Shown piece by piece: positions 33,600-43,454 of a stretch of DNA of 64,000 bases; position 1 is the stretch's first letter; each line of letters begins with the position of its first letter. The notes below the pieces were generated by a model. The model saw only the letters and a list, made by a program, of their open reading frames with translations, was not told where the DNA came from and searched no databases. The stretch comes from Acidobacteriota bacterium. Its GTDB lineage: Bacteria > Acidobacteriota > CAIWXX01. The translations under genes were made by a program, and so were the position numbers. The stretch is taken from positions 96,001 to 160,000 of the forward strand of contig JBFMAF010000035.1 in assembly GCA_040755995.1 (NCBI GenBank), in the 5' to 3' direction.

Positions 33600-34751
33600 C
33601 TACAGGCCGGCGTCCTTCCGGAGCGACTCGGCCTTATCGGTCCTTTCCCAGGTGAACTCAGGCTCCATGCGCCCGAAGTGTCCATATGCCGCGGTCTTCC
33701 TGAAGATCGGCCTGCGCAGCTCCAGGTGGTCGATGATTCCCTTCGGAGTCAGAGGGAAGTGCACGCGCACGAGCTCCTTTATGCGGTCCTCGTCTACCTT
33801 GCCGGTGCCCAGCGTGTCGACCATGATGGAGACGGGATCAGGGTAGCCGATGGCGTAGGCGAGCTGGAGCTCGAGCTGATCGGCCATTCCGGCGGCGACG
33901 ATGTTCTTCGCGATGTAGCGGGCCATGTAGGAAGCCGAGCGGTCGACCTTGGTCGGGTCCTTGCCCGAGAAGCAGCCGCCGCCATGGCTCCCTACGCCGC
34001 CGTAGGTGTCTACGATGATCTTCCGGCCGGTCACACCTGTGTCGCCGTGAGGTCCGCCGACAACGAAGCGGCCGGTCTGGTTCACGAAGTAGCGGGTCTG
34101 CTCGTCGCGGAGCTCCGAGGGTATGACATGGTTCACGACCATGTCGATCACGTCTTCGCGGAGCTCCTCGGTGGGCACCGTCGAGCTGTGCTGTATGGCG
34201 ATGACGACCGTGTCGACGCGCACGGGCTTTCCGCTGTGGTACTCCACCGTGACCTGGCTCTTGCCGTCGGGCCGGATGTACTCCAGCAGCCGCTCCTTGC
34301 GCACCTGCGTGAGGCGCATACAGAGCTTGTGGGCGAGCGTGATCGGCAGAGGCATCAGCTCCGGTGTCTCGCGGCACGCGTAGCCGAACATCAGTCCCTG
34401 ATCTCCGGCGCCGCCGATGTCGACCCCTTGAGCGATGTCCGGCGACTGCTCCTGAATCGCCGAGATCACGGCGCAGGTTTCATAGTCGAAACCGAACTTG
34501 GCGCGTGTGTAGCCGATGTCCTTGATTGTATCTCTTACGACCCTGGGGAAGTCGACATACGTGGTCGTCGATATCTCGCCGGCGATAAAGGCGAGCCCTG
34601 TGGTGACCAGCGTCTCGCACGCGACGCGGCCCTTCGGGTCGTCTTTCATCACCTCATCCAGTATCGCATCGCTGATCTGGTCCGCGATCTTGTCCGGGTG
34701 CCCTTCGGTCACCGACTCAGATGTGAATAGGTACTTTCCGTTCTTGGCCAT
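33600..34751 (-). CDS. metK: S-adenosylmethionine synthetase
   Basis: [40 protein letters not shown]. Confidence 0.98.
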   Translation of the reverse strand: MAKNGKYLFTSESVTEGHPDKIADQISDAILDEVMKDDPKGRVACETLVTTGLAFIAGEISTTTYVDFPRVVRDTIKDIGYTRAKFGFDYETCAVISAIQEQSPDIAQGVDIGGAGDQGLMFGYACRETPELMPLPITLAHKLCMRLTQVRKERLLEYIRPDGKSQVTVEYHSGKPVRVDTVVIAIQHSSTVPTEELREDVIDMVVNHVIPSELRDEQTRYFVNQTGRFVVGGPHGDTGVTGRKIIVDTYGGVGSHGGGCFSGKDPTKVDRSASYMARYIAKNIVAAGMADQLELQLAYAIGYPDPVSIMVDTLGTGKVDEDRIKELVRVHFPLTPKGIIDHLELRRPIFRKTAAYGHFGRMEPEFTWERTDKAESLRKDAGL

Positions 34752-34838
34752 TCTTCCTCCTTAGACCTCCTCGTGCCTGGCGGCCGGGCAAGGCAACCAG
34801 CAAAACTAGCACATTGATTCGAATGCAGTCAAACGCGA

Positions 34839-34880
34839 TCGCGATTCCGATTCTGCGATTCTGATTCCGATCTCGATTGC
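34839..34880 (+). repeat. degenerate short tandem repeat (GATTCC/GATTCT/GATCTC)
   Basis: GCGATTCCGATTCTGCGATTCTGATTCCGATCTCGATTGC between the methyltransferase and metK. Confidence 0.6.
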
Positions 34881-34886
34881 ACGGTC

Positions 34887-35636
34887 TCACCGCACGGCGC
34901 GGACATCCACGGCGAGGACGGCCGGATGCTTCGTGCGGGCGTTCCTGCTGCATCGGATCATGAGCGCTTCACGGAAGCCTGCCGCCCTGAACTCCTCCAG
35001 GAAGGCTCCGCCTTCCATAGCGCCGGCGATTCAGGCAAACCAGGCGCGCTCGTCGACGGGTTCTGTCGCGGGCAGGGGCTCCTTCAGGATCAGCTCGGCC
35101 GCGTGCAGAACGCCGCCGGGGCGGACGACACGTGCGAGCTCTCGGAAGATCGCGTCTCGATCTGGGTTGAGGTTGAACAGCCCGTTCGTGACGGCGACGT
35201 CGATCGACGCGCCGGCGATGGGGAGGGCATCGGCGGCGGCGAGGCAGAAGAGCATCAGGGGATACGCATCGCGAAGGCTGGCGCGGGCGCGGGTCAGCAT
35301 GGCCTGGCTGAAGTCGACGCCGATCACACGTCCGAGCGGGCCGGCGGCCCTTGCGGCGATCCACGCGTCCATACCGGCTCCGCAGCCGGCGTCGAGGACT
35401 GTTGCGCCCGGAGGGATGTCGGCGATCATGGTGACGTTGGAGACGCCGGTGAACGCATCCACGCACGGGGGCGGGCAGTCGGAGAGCAGCTCGACAGGGT
35501 AGCCCAGGCTGCAGGCGAAGCCCCGCCCCAATGGGAAGGGATGCGTCGCGTCCGGCTGCGCTGCGGCCCTCGAATAGGCGCGTCGCACAGCGTCGTGCGC
35601 CAGTTCAGGCCGGCTCCACGGAATTCGCACACTCAC
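34887..35636 (-). CDS. ArsM-like SAM-dependent methyltransferase, predicted selenoprotein (UGA at 35033-35031)
   Basis: FTGVSN, GATVLDAGCGAGMD, VIGVDFS, NGLFNL, RVVRPGG; ...AWFA-TGA-IAGAMEGGAFLEEFRAAGF... continues in frame to TGA 34889-34887, matching the ArsM W..CIAGA....Y...L..AGF segment. Confidence 0.85.
35000..35016 (-). promoter_or_regulatory. SECIS-like hairpin
   Basis: GGAAGGC-GGA-GCCUUCC, a perfect 7-bp stem with G-led loop starting 14 nt after the in-frame UGA. Confidence 0.7.
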
Positions 35637-35781
35637 TTGATAATCCCCGTGTACCTGCGTGTCAAGCGGTGATTCTGGTGGGTGACCTCGCCGGAGCGGT
35701 GGCGGGAGTATCGGGTGCCACCCTCAAGGCAGGAGGAGGACGGCACCGGAATGCATGGCTGCTGTCGATGCCGCTCGTGGT

Positions 35782-37362
35782 TTAACGCACCAGCAGCCTG
35801 CTGGCATCCGAGTAGAGGCTGTTCCCATATTGGTCTTCGCCGTACACGCGCCAGTACAGCGTGCCTTTCCTGCCGGAGAGGCTCTGGATCTTCTTCCAGG
35901 CCTTCTTGCGAGGAGTGCATTGCGAACCCTGGATCCACGTATCCTTCCCCGAGAGCGGCAGCGTGAGAACGTCCTTCGAGAAAGTGGGACGGCTGCAGAA
36001 CTGGATGCGGAATCTGTCGTACGGCGTGCTGTCCCAGGAGAACGTCGCTGTCACCTTTGACGAGACGGTCGCTCCGTCTGACGGTGCCTTGTTGGCGATC
36101 GCACCCATGCAGGCCGCGATCGGCCCGTGGAACTTGCTTGTTCCCGCGGAATCCACCTCTTCGAGCTTGTAGAAGAAGGTCTGGCCGAGAGCCACGGCTG
36201 GATCGGGCCAGGAGTAGCTCGCGCCGGTCGAGGTCCCTCCCTCTGCCGGGATCATCGAGTCGGTGATCCTCAGGTACTCGCCGTCCCTGGCCGGGCTCTT
36301 CCAGAGGTAGAAGCCGGCACTGTCCTTCTCCGTGGCGGTCTTCCACTGCAGCAGCAGAGCGCCGGCCGACGGCTTGCCCTCGAACGAAACGAGGCCGACG
36401 GCCGTCGTGCCGTTGACCGTGAGAACGTCAAGGCCGTAATCACTATTATAGTGGTAGCTGCTTCCGGAGAAATCATAGATAAGGCCAGAAAGCGTCCCGG
36501 TACCGGCAGAGACCACCTTGAGACGATATGTCTGGGATATCGGATTTCCGCCGGCCTTGTCGCCGGTGTAATTCGCCGGCCCTATGCAGCTCCTGTAGTT
36601 CGGTGACGTCGGGACGGCATCCCACCCGCAGGCATCGGCGTAGACCTTGTCGTTTGTGGCAGGCGGTGGCGGCGGAGGCTCGGGGTAGGTGACCCACGTA
36701 GTGACCAGCTGGAACATGGATTCAGGGAAGACGAGAGTATTCACGAGCTGTTCGTATCCACCGGTGGCTGTCTTCGAGTTCATGACGTAGTCGTACATCG
36801 CGCCAACCTTGACCGACGTTGCGCCCGTGATGCTGTTGACCTCGTTTCGGTTCTGGCTGACGAGCTTTTCGACATAGAGCTCGCGTGGGGTCGGCGTGCT
36901 CACCATCGGGGCGTTGATGGCCTGCGCTTCGATGTGGTACTGCCTAGTGGTGTTCCAGGCGCCCGTGTTTCTCGTCACAGTCACCTCGTAGTACACGTCC
37001 CAGGTGGCGCCGACGGCGAGCACGGTATCGCGAAAGATCGTTTTCGGAGCCGGGCCGTTGGTCAGATCGATGTAAGTGTTGGCGGAGTCCCAGAAGAAGG
37101 TGGCACTCGCAGTGGCCGCAGGGGAGCTCCCTGTGTTCGTGACCCTGGCCGCCACGAGAAAGCGGTCCGGACCGTCTGACACCTTGTTGCTGTCGAGACC
37201 GATCACGTTCCATGTGATCGGCGTGATGCTGAGCGTCGTCATCTGCGCCGATCCCGGGCCGGCCCCGACTGTCCCCATGACCACCAGGACCGACACACAC
37301 CAGGGCAGAATTCCAAACGATCCGCGCTGGATAGAATACCTTGACAAGTGCACCGATTCCAT
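35782..37362 (-). CDS. secreted multi-domain beta-rich (Ig/Fn3-like) protein
   Basis: Signal-like N-terminus; ITWNVIGLDSN, TPRELYVEKLVSQNRN; TAVGLVSFEG..LLQWKTATEKDSAGFYL..YKLEEVD module. Confidence 0.75.
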   Translation of the reverse strand: MESVHLSRYSIQRGSFGILPWCVSVLVVMGTVGAGPGSAQMTTLSITPITWNVIGLDSNKVSDGPDRFLVAARVTNTGSSPAATASATFFWDSANTYIDLTNGPAPKTIFRDTVLAVGATWDVYYEVTVTRNTGAWNTTRQYHIEAQAINAPMVSTPTPRELYVEKLVSQNRNEVNSITGATSVKVGAMYDYVMNSKTATGGYEQLVNTLVFPESMFQLVTTWVTYPEPPPPPPATNDKVYADACGWDAVPTSPNYRSCIGPANYTGDKAGGNPISQTYRLKVVSAGTGTLSGLIYDFSGSSYHYNSDYGLDVLTVNGTTAVGLVSFEGKPSAGALLLQWKTATEKDSAGFYLWKSPARDGEYLRITDSMIPAEGGTSTGASYSWPDPAVALGQTFFYKLEEVDSAGTSKFHGPIAACMGAIANKAPSDGATVSSKVTATFSWDSTPYDRFRIQFCSRPTFSKDVLTLPLSGKDTWIQGSQCTPRKKAWKKIQSLSGRKGTLYWRVYGEDQYGNSLYSDASRLLVR

Positions 37363-37690
37363 TTCAGTCTCCTCTTGACTCCCGCCGGGTGTGGCTACAA
37401 GGGTGCCCCAAATCTCCATAGCCCAGGCCTGGATGCTGAAGCTATCCCCTCCGTTCTTTCTATCTCGCTGACTTGAGCGCCCCGTCTGTCCTCCGGGCAA
37501 CTCACTGGGGCTAACCTCGAGTCGCACTGATAATAAGGGACGGGCGTGAGGCTGTCAATGGTCACCGGCAGCTTCTAATCAGGTGGGAGTCTGATATTCA
37601 CATAGGGCGAAACCCTACTCGAGCACCCTTCGCCCTGACGGTCACGAGGCGCGACACCTTGTCGGATTGGCAAATTCGCAACTCACCCTC

Positions 37691-37737
37691 TTGACAGCAT
37701 GCTATCGTTGTGATATCATCGTGATATGAGAAAGGAG
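37691..37737 (+). promoter_or_regulatory. sigma70 promoter with three 11-bp-spaced operator boxes
   Basis: TTGACA-17-TATCAT; TGCTATC (37700), TGATATC (37711), TGATATG (37722); RBS AAGGAG. Confidence 0.75.
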
Positions 37738-37744
37738 TTGTACC

Positions 37745-38626
37745 ATGATTCGTGAAAGGCAAGGATCGAGCTTACCTGGGCTGCCGACGATGATCATCCT
37801 GCTCGCGCTCACGGGCTTGACGATCCGCCATCTGATCGGTCGCATCCAGGAGGCCGAGGCCGGTGGTCCGGCTTTGCCGGTGATACTGACGATCGTTGCG
37901 TTGGCGATCGAGATCATCCTGCTGCGGGGGCCGTTCATTGTCAACCCGAACGAGGCAGTCGTGCTGCAGCTCTTCGGCGCTTACGCGGGCACGGTGAAGA
38001 CGCCCGGACTGCGCTGGTCGAACCCGTTCTATTCGAAAAAGCGCGTTTCGCAGAGAGTCCGGAACTTCGAGAGCGGCCACCTGAAGGTCAATGACCGCGA
38101 GGGAAACCCGATCGAGATCGCGGCCGTCGTTGTATGGAGGGTCGTCGACACGGCCGAGGCCGTCTTCCAGGTCGACAACTACGAGAACTACGTTCATGTA
38201 CAGAGCGAGGCTGCGCTGCGCAACATGGCCACGGCCTATCCCTACGATGCACACGAAGAGGGGCAGGTATCGCTGCGCGGGAGCACGGCCGATATCGCAC
38301 AGCACCTGAAGACGGAGATCCAGGATCGCCTGGCGAAGGCCGGGGTGGAGGTGATGGAGGCCCGGATAAGCCACCTCGCCTATGCGCCCGAGATCGCTGC
38401 GGCGATGCTCCAGCGCCAGCAGGCTTCCGCCATCATAGCTGCTCGTCAGAAGATCGTCGACGGGGCCGTGGGCATGGTCGAGATGGCGCTGGACCGCCTG
38501 GCTCGCAACCAGGTCGTCGACCTCGACAACGAGCGCCGAGCCGCCATGGTCAGCAATCTGCTCGTGGTGCTCTGCAGCGAACGTTCGACCCAACCCGTAG
38601 TGAACGCAGGCACGATCTACCACTGA
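37745..38626 (+). CDS. SPFH/band 7 domain membrane protein
   Basis: Two TM helices; [45 protein letters not shown]. Confidence 0.93.
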   Translation: MIRERQGSSLPGLPTMIILLALTGLTIRHLIGRIQEAEAGGPALPVILTIVALAIEIILLRGPFIVNPNEAVVLQLFGAYAGTVKTPGLRWSNPFYSKKRVSQRVRNFESGHLKVNDREGNPIEIAAVVVWRVVDTAEAVFQVDNYENYVHVQSEAALRNMATAYPYDAHEEGQVSLRGSTADIAQHLKTEIQDRLAKAGVEVMEARISHLAYAPEIAAAMLQRQQASAIIAARQKIVDGAVGMVEMALDRLARNQVVDLDNERRAAMVSNLLVVLCSERSTQPVVNAGTIYH

Positions 38627-38636
38627 TGGAACGTGC

Positions 38637-38810
38637 ATGGCCGAGCGGAAGACGTATCTGCTCCGGATCGACCAGAAGGTGCTCACCGCCCTTCGTCAAT
38701 GGGCAGATGACGAGCTGCGGAGCCTGAACGGCCAGATCGAATATCTCTTGCGCGAGGCCCTCAGGGAAGCGGGCCGGCTGAAGGAACCGGAATCCAAGCG
38801 GGCGTCGTAG
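38637..38810 (+). CDS. Arc-like ribbon-helix-helix protein (57 aa, not in ORF track)
   Basis: MAERKTYLLRIDQKVLTALRQWADDELRSLNGQIEYLLREALREAGRLKEPESKRAS; usual partner of this SPFH family. Confidence 0.88.
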   Translation: MAERKTYLLRIDQKVLTALRQWADDELRSLNGQIEYLLREALREAGRLKEPESKRAS

Positions 38811-38826
38811 GGGCGTCGGGGGGTAG

Positions 38827-38862
38827 GTAGGGGCGAGGTCACCTCGCCCACCTCGCCCCTAC
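38827..38862. repeat. GTAG-family REP-like palindrome between convergent genes
   Basis: GTAGGGGCGAGGT ... ACCTCGCCCCTAC, perfect 13-bp inverted repeat. Confidence 0.7.
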
Positions 38863-39629
38863 GGCGCCGCCTTCACGTTCACCGCGATCTCGAAAACCTT
38901 CACCGGTTTCGCATCCTTCTCCCACGGGCGCCGGTAGCCGAGCTTCAATACGCTCGTGCCCATGCCGATCGAGTGGAATCTGATGATGCACCGACCAGGC
39001 GCTCCTACGAGATCCGACTCGCCCCTGGTAGCGGTCTCGCCCTGCTTCAGCACAGCCTCGTCCATCTGCAGGACCTCCCACGAGTAGCCGGTGCTGGGGT
39101 TGCAGTCCAGCGCGACCTCCAGCGCCGTGCCCAGAGGCATGTCCACGAGCGTCCCGTTGTCCTCGGCGCGGACTCTGACAACAGCCGGCAGCACTGCCAC
39201 CGTGAGCGCATACCTGGGTGCGGTATCGTCGTACGCAATGACGCTTATGGAGTAGTCTTGGGTAACGGGGGCCTCCCCGCGAAACTCCGCTACGGGCGGA
39301 TCATCTGCAAGAAGCACCGTCCCATCGGCTCCCGCGACGCCGAGCTTGATCTTCCCCCCGCTTCCACCTGTGGTCTTGACTTGCACGTCCAATCGCTGCA
39401 GCTTCCGCAGACTCACGACCCACATCTCAGCAGAATTGGGAGCGAGCTTGCCTTCGACCGTGACCGTATCCCTGCCCTGCTCGAAGGTGAGGGCCCGTTT
39501 GGATAGATCAGGCGTGACTGCGCGGGCCGCCGAGTCTCGGTCGGCCAGCGCCATGAGGGCGAACGCCGCAAGGGCGGCAGCCACGAGCAGTTGAGGAACC
39601 GTCGAACCGGAAATGAGCTGATAGTTCAC
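38859..39629 (-). CDS. secreted protein with C-terminal chagasin (I42) protease-inhibitor domain
   Basis: RBS GGAGGT + GTG 39629; signal peptide; PPC-like beta domain; LDCNPSTGYSW, VGAPG, YRRPWE. Confidence 0.85.
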   Translation of the reverse strand: MNYQLISGSTVPQLLVAAALAAFALMALADRDSAARAVTPDLSKRALTFEQGRDTVTVEGKLAPNSAEMWVVSLRKLQRLDVQVKTTGGSGGKIKLGVAGADGTVLLADDPPVAEFRGEAPVTQDYSISVIAYDDTAPRYALTVAVLPAVVRVRAEDNGTLVDMPLGTALEVALDCNPSTGYSWEVLQMDEAVLKQGETATRGESDLVGAPGRCIIRFHSIGMGTSVLKLGYRRPWEKDAKPVKVFEIAVNVKAAP

Positions 39630-39840
39630 GCGCGCACCTCCTGGGATGCTAGGCACTCCCCATATTACCACATGAACCGGCGGCGGGGGCGATTGTGACG
39701 GGACCGGGAACGGGTACGGGTACCTGCCAGAGGAGACCGTCACCGGATCGATCGGGCAGCCGCAACGCGCGACGGATTGACACCGGGTCTCACCGCGGCT
39801 ACAGTTCGATCGCTCGTGGATCGCGCAGAAAGGGCGGTAC

Positions 39841-41478
39841 TTGTCGGAACCACAACGCTCTGAGTCGCTCGTTGGCATGCTCATTCTCTGCGGAGGCCTT
39901 GCGGCTCTTCTGGCTGCCGGCTGTGGATCGGCTGGATCGGCGGCCCGCAACGCCATCCTCATCAGCGTCGATACTCTCAGACAGGACGCTCTCGGGTGCT
40001 ACGGCAACCCGGAGGTCAGGACGCCTTCGATCGATGCGCTGGCCAGGGACGGTGTTCTGTTCCGGCAGGCCTTCACGCATGCTCCGAGCACGCTGCCCTC
40101 TCACACATCAATGCTCTTCTCCAACTACCCGTGGAATCTGGGCGTTTTTCGCAATGGCGACAGCGTCCCGATGAGAGAGGATTCGATTCAGCAGATACTC
40201 AAGCAGCACGGCCTACGCACGGCCGCGTTCATCTCCCTGGCGGCCCTGAGCTCCTCGTACAAGCTCTCGCAAGGTTTCGATGAGTATTCGGACGTCTCGC
40301 AGCATGCGGCACGCCCGTACCTGTTCGCCGACGAGCTGAACGACAGGATACTCACGTGGCTGAGCGCGCACCATGAGGACCCGTTCTTCCTGTTCATCCA
40401 CTACTCCGATCCACACGAGCCATACATACCCAAAGATGCCCCGGCCGATGTCGAGGTGATACTCAACGAGCGTTCCCTGGGGACGTTCTGCTTCCCGAAG
40501 CGGGAGTATCACCACGTGGGCGTCGATCTCGACCCGGGAAGGAACTCGCTCGTCTTCAAGAAGATGGATCGCTCAGGCGCTCCCGTCGAGCGAGAGTACG
40601 AAATAGAGCAGCTGCGGGTCGGGCACGCCGCCATCCGCATGGCTGCGCAGGCAGGCGAGCTGGCTGCCGGCGACGAAATTCGATTCACGGATTCCGCCGA
40701 GCTGGTCCTGCATAACCCGACCAGCGCACCGATCGCGACCGAGATCGTCCTGCGCGGGAAGGCCTCACTCGGACAGCGCGAGACCAGGAGGAATTACCTC
40801 CGCGAGGTAGAGTGGGTCGACAGGGCAATCGGAGAACTGGTAGCCTGTCTCAGGGCCCACGACTGCTACGAGGACACCATCATGCTCCTGCTGGCGGATC
40901 ATGGCGAGGGGCTGGGCGAACACGCCAGCTTCGGCCATGAAAGCCAGCTTTACCTTTCACAGCTCAGGATTCCGTACGTCATGTTGGACCACAGGCACGT
41001 CGGCCTGGATGTGAGCTCGCCGGTCACACCTCTGGACCTGGCGCCCACCATTCTGTCACGCCTCGGCAAGACGCGGCCGCAGGCCTGGAAAGGTCGCGAC
41101 CTCAACGAGCTGCTCGATCACCCCGCCGAGTGGGACGGCAGGCAAACAGACATACTCTCGGCAACGTTCTACTCCGGTAGAGGCCAGCACGCGCTGACGA
41201 ACTGGAAATTCTCGGTTCTCCACCCGCCGCACCATCTCATAATCACGCTCCCCATGGAGCGCTACGAGTTCTATGACATCAACGCTGATCCCGGTGAGAA
41301 ACGGAACCTCATTCGCGATTCGGAGCACCCTGACGGTTATGACGAGCTGGTATCGTCGGCCCGCGAGCTTGCTCGACAGCTGGAGGAGCAGCTGCGACTG
41401 CGCAAGACACCTGATCTCTCTCCGGAGCAGATCGAACAGCTGAAGTCGCTGGGATACCTCGGGGAGACCGACCAGTGA
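39841..41478 (+). CDS. sulfatase-like hydrolase (alkaline phosphatase superfamily), probable lipoprotein
   Basis: ILISVDTLR, PSTLPSHTS, HYSDPHEPY, ADHGEG, DPGE, QLKSLGY; LAAGC lipobox. Confidence 0.88.
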   Translation: MSEPQRSESLVGMLILCGGLAALLAAGCGSAGSAARNAILISVDTLRQDALGCYGNPEVRTPSIDALARDGVLFRQAFTHAPSTLPSHTSMLFSNYPWNLGVFRNGDSVPMREDSIQQILKQHGLRTAAFISLAALSSSYKLSQGFDEYSDVSQHAARPYLFADELNDRILTWLSAHHEDPFFLFIHYSDPHEPYIPKDAPADVEVILNERSLGTFCFPKREYHHVGVDLDPGRNSLVFKKMDRSGAPVEREYEIEQLRVGHAAIRMAAQAGELAAGDEIRFTDSAELVLHNPTSAPIATEIVLRGKASLGQRETRRNYLREVEWVDRAIGELVACLRAHDCYEDTIMLLLADHGEGLGEHASFGHESQLYLSQLRIPYVMLDHRHVGLDVSSPVTPLDLAPTILSRLGKTRPQAWKGRDLNELLDHPAEWDGRQTDILSATFYSGRGQHALTNWKFSVLHPPHHLIITLPMERYEFYDINADPGEKRNLIRDSEHPDGYDELVSSARELARQLEEQLRLRKTPDLSPEQIEQLKSLGYLGETDQ

Positions 41479-42542
41479 TGCGGCAACAGCTGAGCGTCGC
41501 CGGATTCGAGCAGGTCGTCTCCTGCCGGGACGCGCAATCGGGGCTCCACGCTATCATCGCCATCCACGACACGACGCTGGGGCCGGCGGTGGGCGGTACG
41601 CGGATGATGCCGTACGAGACCGAACAGCTGGCGCTCGCAGACGTCTTGCGCCTGTCGCGGGCGATGACATACAAGGCGGCGGCGGCCGGGCTGGATTTCG
41701 GCGGCGGCAAGGCGGTAATTATCGGCGACCCTGAGCGTGACAAGACGCGAGAGCTGCTGCTTGCCTACGGCCGCTTCCTCGAGGCGCTCGGCGGCGCGTT
41801 CATCACCGGGGAAGACGTCGGAACGACTGCCGGCGACATGCGCTTGGCCGCGCATGAGACGCGGTATGCAATCTTTCCGCAGGCCGAGCTGGATCCGACA
41901 TGGGAGACGGCGTTCCTGACCGCGCGCGGTGTGATGCGCGGCATCGAGGCGTCCGCTCGTGAAGCGCTTGGCACGGGCAGCCTGTCGGGGTTGAGCGTCG
42001 CCGTCCAGGGCGTGGGCAAGGTGGGAGGGCACCTGGCTCGGATGCTCCACTCCGAGGCAGTGCGGCTGATGCTGTGCGATGTCGAGCGGGAGCGGGCGGC
42101 GAGCCTGGCGGCAGAGCTGGGTGCCGCTTGCCTCGAACCGGCGGAGATCTACGAGACTGCAGCGGATGTCTTCTGCCCCTGCGCGCTTGGAGGCGTGCTG
42201 AACGATGCGGTGATTCCGCGTCTCCGCTGCAGAATCGTCGCAGGTGCCGCCAACAATCAGCTTGCAGAGAATCGGCATGACCAGCAGCTCTGGGAGCGCG
42301 GCATTCTCTACGCGCCGGACTACGTCATCAACGCCGGCGGCCTGATATCGGCGCTGTACGAGATGGGCACCTGGGACCGGGCCGCGGTGATGGCGTGCAC
42401 GGACGCGGTCTACGATCGCCTGCTCGACGTCTTCGCCCTTGCGCGCAGGCTCGGTTTGCCCACGCAGGCCGCAGCGGATCGACTGGTCGAGGAGAGGCTT
42501 CAGCGGGCCCGCGCAGAGCCTCGGGCGACTGGACGGCCGTGA
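41475..42542 (+). CDS. Glu/Leu/Phe/Val dehydrogenase (leucine dehydrogenase-like)
   Basis: GPAVGGTR, MTYK, GGGKAVI, TGEDVG, QGVGKVG, GAANNQL, PDYVINAGG. Confidence 0.93.
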   Translation: MMRQQLSVAGFEQVVSCRDAQSGLHAIIAIHDTTLGPAVGGTRMMPYETEQLALADVLRLSRAMTYKAAAAGLDFGGGKAVIIGDPERDKTRELLLAYGRFLEALGGAFITGEDVGTTAGDMRLAAHETRYAIFPQAELDPTWETAFLTARGVMRGIEASAREALGTGSLSGLSVAVQGVGKVGGHLARMLHSEAVRLMLCDVERERAASLAAELGAACLEPAEIYETAADVFCPCALGGVLNDAVIPRLRCRIVAGAANNQLAENRHDQQLWERGILYAPDYVINAGGLISALYEMGTWDRAAVMACTDAVYDRLLDVFALARRLGLPTQAAADRLVEERLQRARAEPRATGRP

Positions 42543-43432
42543 CCGCTTCGGCGCGCGCGGAGCTCGCCCCTCATCGCGGTTACTTGTTGGCGGCCGTAGC
42601 CGCGCTCTTGTGGAGCACTATGGGTCTATTCGGCAAGGGGCTGTTCGAGTACGGCGCCGCGCCGTTGACGGTGGTCGCGCTGCGGGCGACCGTGGTCTTC
42701 CTCACGCTGGCCTTGTTTGCGGGGCTGCGGGGGTGGCCGCATTTGCCGCGGGGCGACTATTTCTTCTTCGCGATCTACGGGCTTGTCGGCGTGGCCGCTC
42801 CCTATTTCTTGTTCTTCACCGCGGTTCAGTTGGTAGGCGTTGCGCTCACGACGATACTGCTCTACACATACCCGGCTTTTGTTACGCTTCTGTCGAGGGT
42901 GCTGCTGCGCGAGCGCATCACGCGATGGAAGGCGATGGCCCTGCTTAGCAGCCTGATCGGGGTTGCGCTGGTCGCCGGCATCGGCACGACTGTAGGAGTG
43001 CGTGCGGATCCCCGCGGTGTTGCCGCGGCGTTGCTCGCGGGGCTCTCAGCGTCCGTCTACTCGATCTTCGGCAAGAAGGCTGTGGAGCGGCATTCGCCGC
43101 AGACGGTGATGCTCTACTCGTGCGGGTTCGGGTCTCTGTTCCTGCTCGCAGCCCAGTTCCTGACGCTGGGGTATCCGGAACTCGCGAGGCCGGCGGCATT
43201 CTGGTGCATGCTGATGGCTCTCGCCTGGGTCTCGACGCTCGCCGGGAGCCTTGCCTACATCGCCGCCCTGGCTCGGATCGAAGCGAGCCGAGCCAGCATC
43301 ATGGCCACAATCGAGCCGGTGGCCGCCTCCGCCCTGGCCTACGTCTTTTTCCACGAGGCGCTGTCGGCGCGACAGATACTCGGGATGGCTTTGGTTGTCG
43401 GCGGGGTGATCATCGTCCGGCGTGGCCAGTAG
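42539..43432 (+). CDS. EamA/DMT family transporter
   Basis: About ten TM helices; LLYTYPAFV, ATIEPV; GTGA overlap with the dehydrogenase. Confidence 0.9.
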   Translation: MTASARAELAPHRGYLLAAVAALLWSTMGLFGKGLFEYGAAPLTVVALRATVVFLTLALFAGLRGWPHLPRGDYFFFAIYGLVGVAAPYFLFFTAVQLVGVALTTILLYTYPAFVTLLSRVLLRERITRWKAMALLSSLIGVALVAGIGTTVGVRADPRGVAAALLAGLSASVYSIFGKKAVERHSPQTVMLYSCGFGSLFLLAAQFLTLGYPELARPAAFWCMLMALAWVSTLAGSLAYIAALARIEASRASIMATIEPVAASALAYVFFHEALSARQILGMALVVGGVIIVRRGQ

Positions 43433-43454
43433 CCGTGGGCGGGGGTCGCGCGTG

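Noticed and set aside
34752..34886. SAM riboswitch upstream of metK
   Set aside because: No SAM-I or SAM-II consensus; the region is short and partly a simple repeat.
37600..37680. AGGGCGAA...TTCGCCCT hairpin resembling a c-di-GMP riboswitch
   Set aside because: Lacks the GNRA/receptor and second stem of class I; only a plain hairpin is supported.
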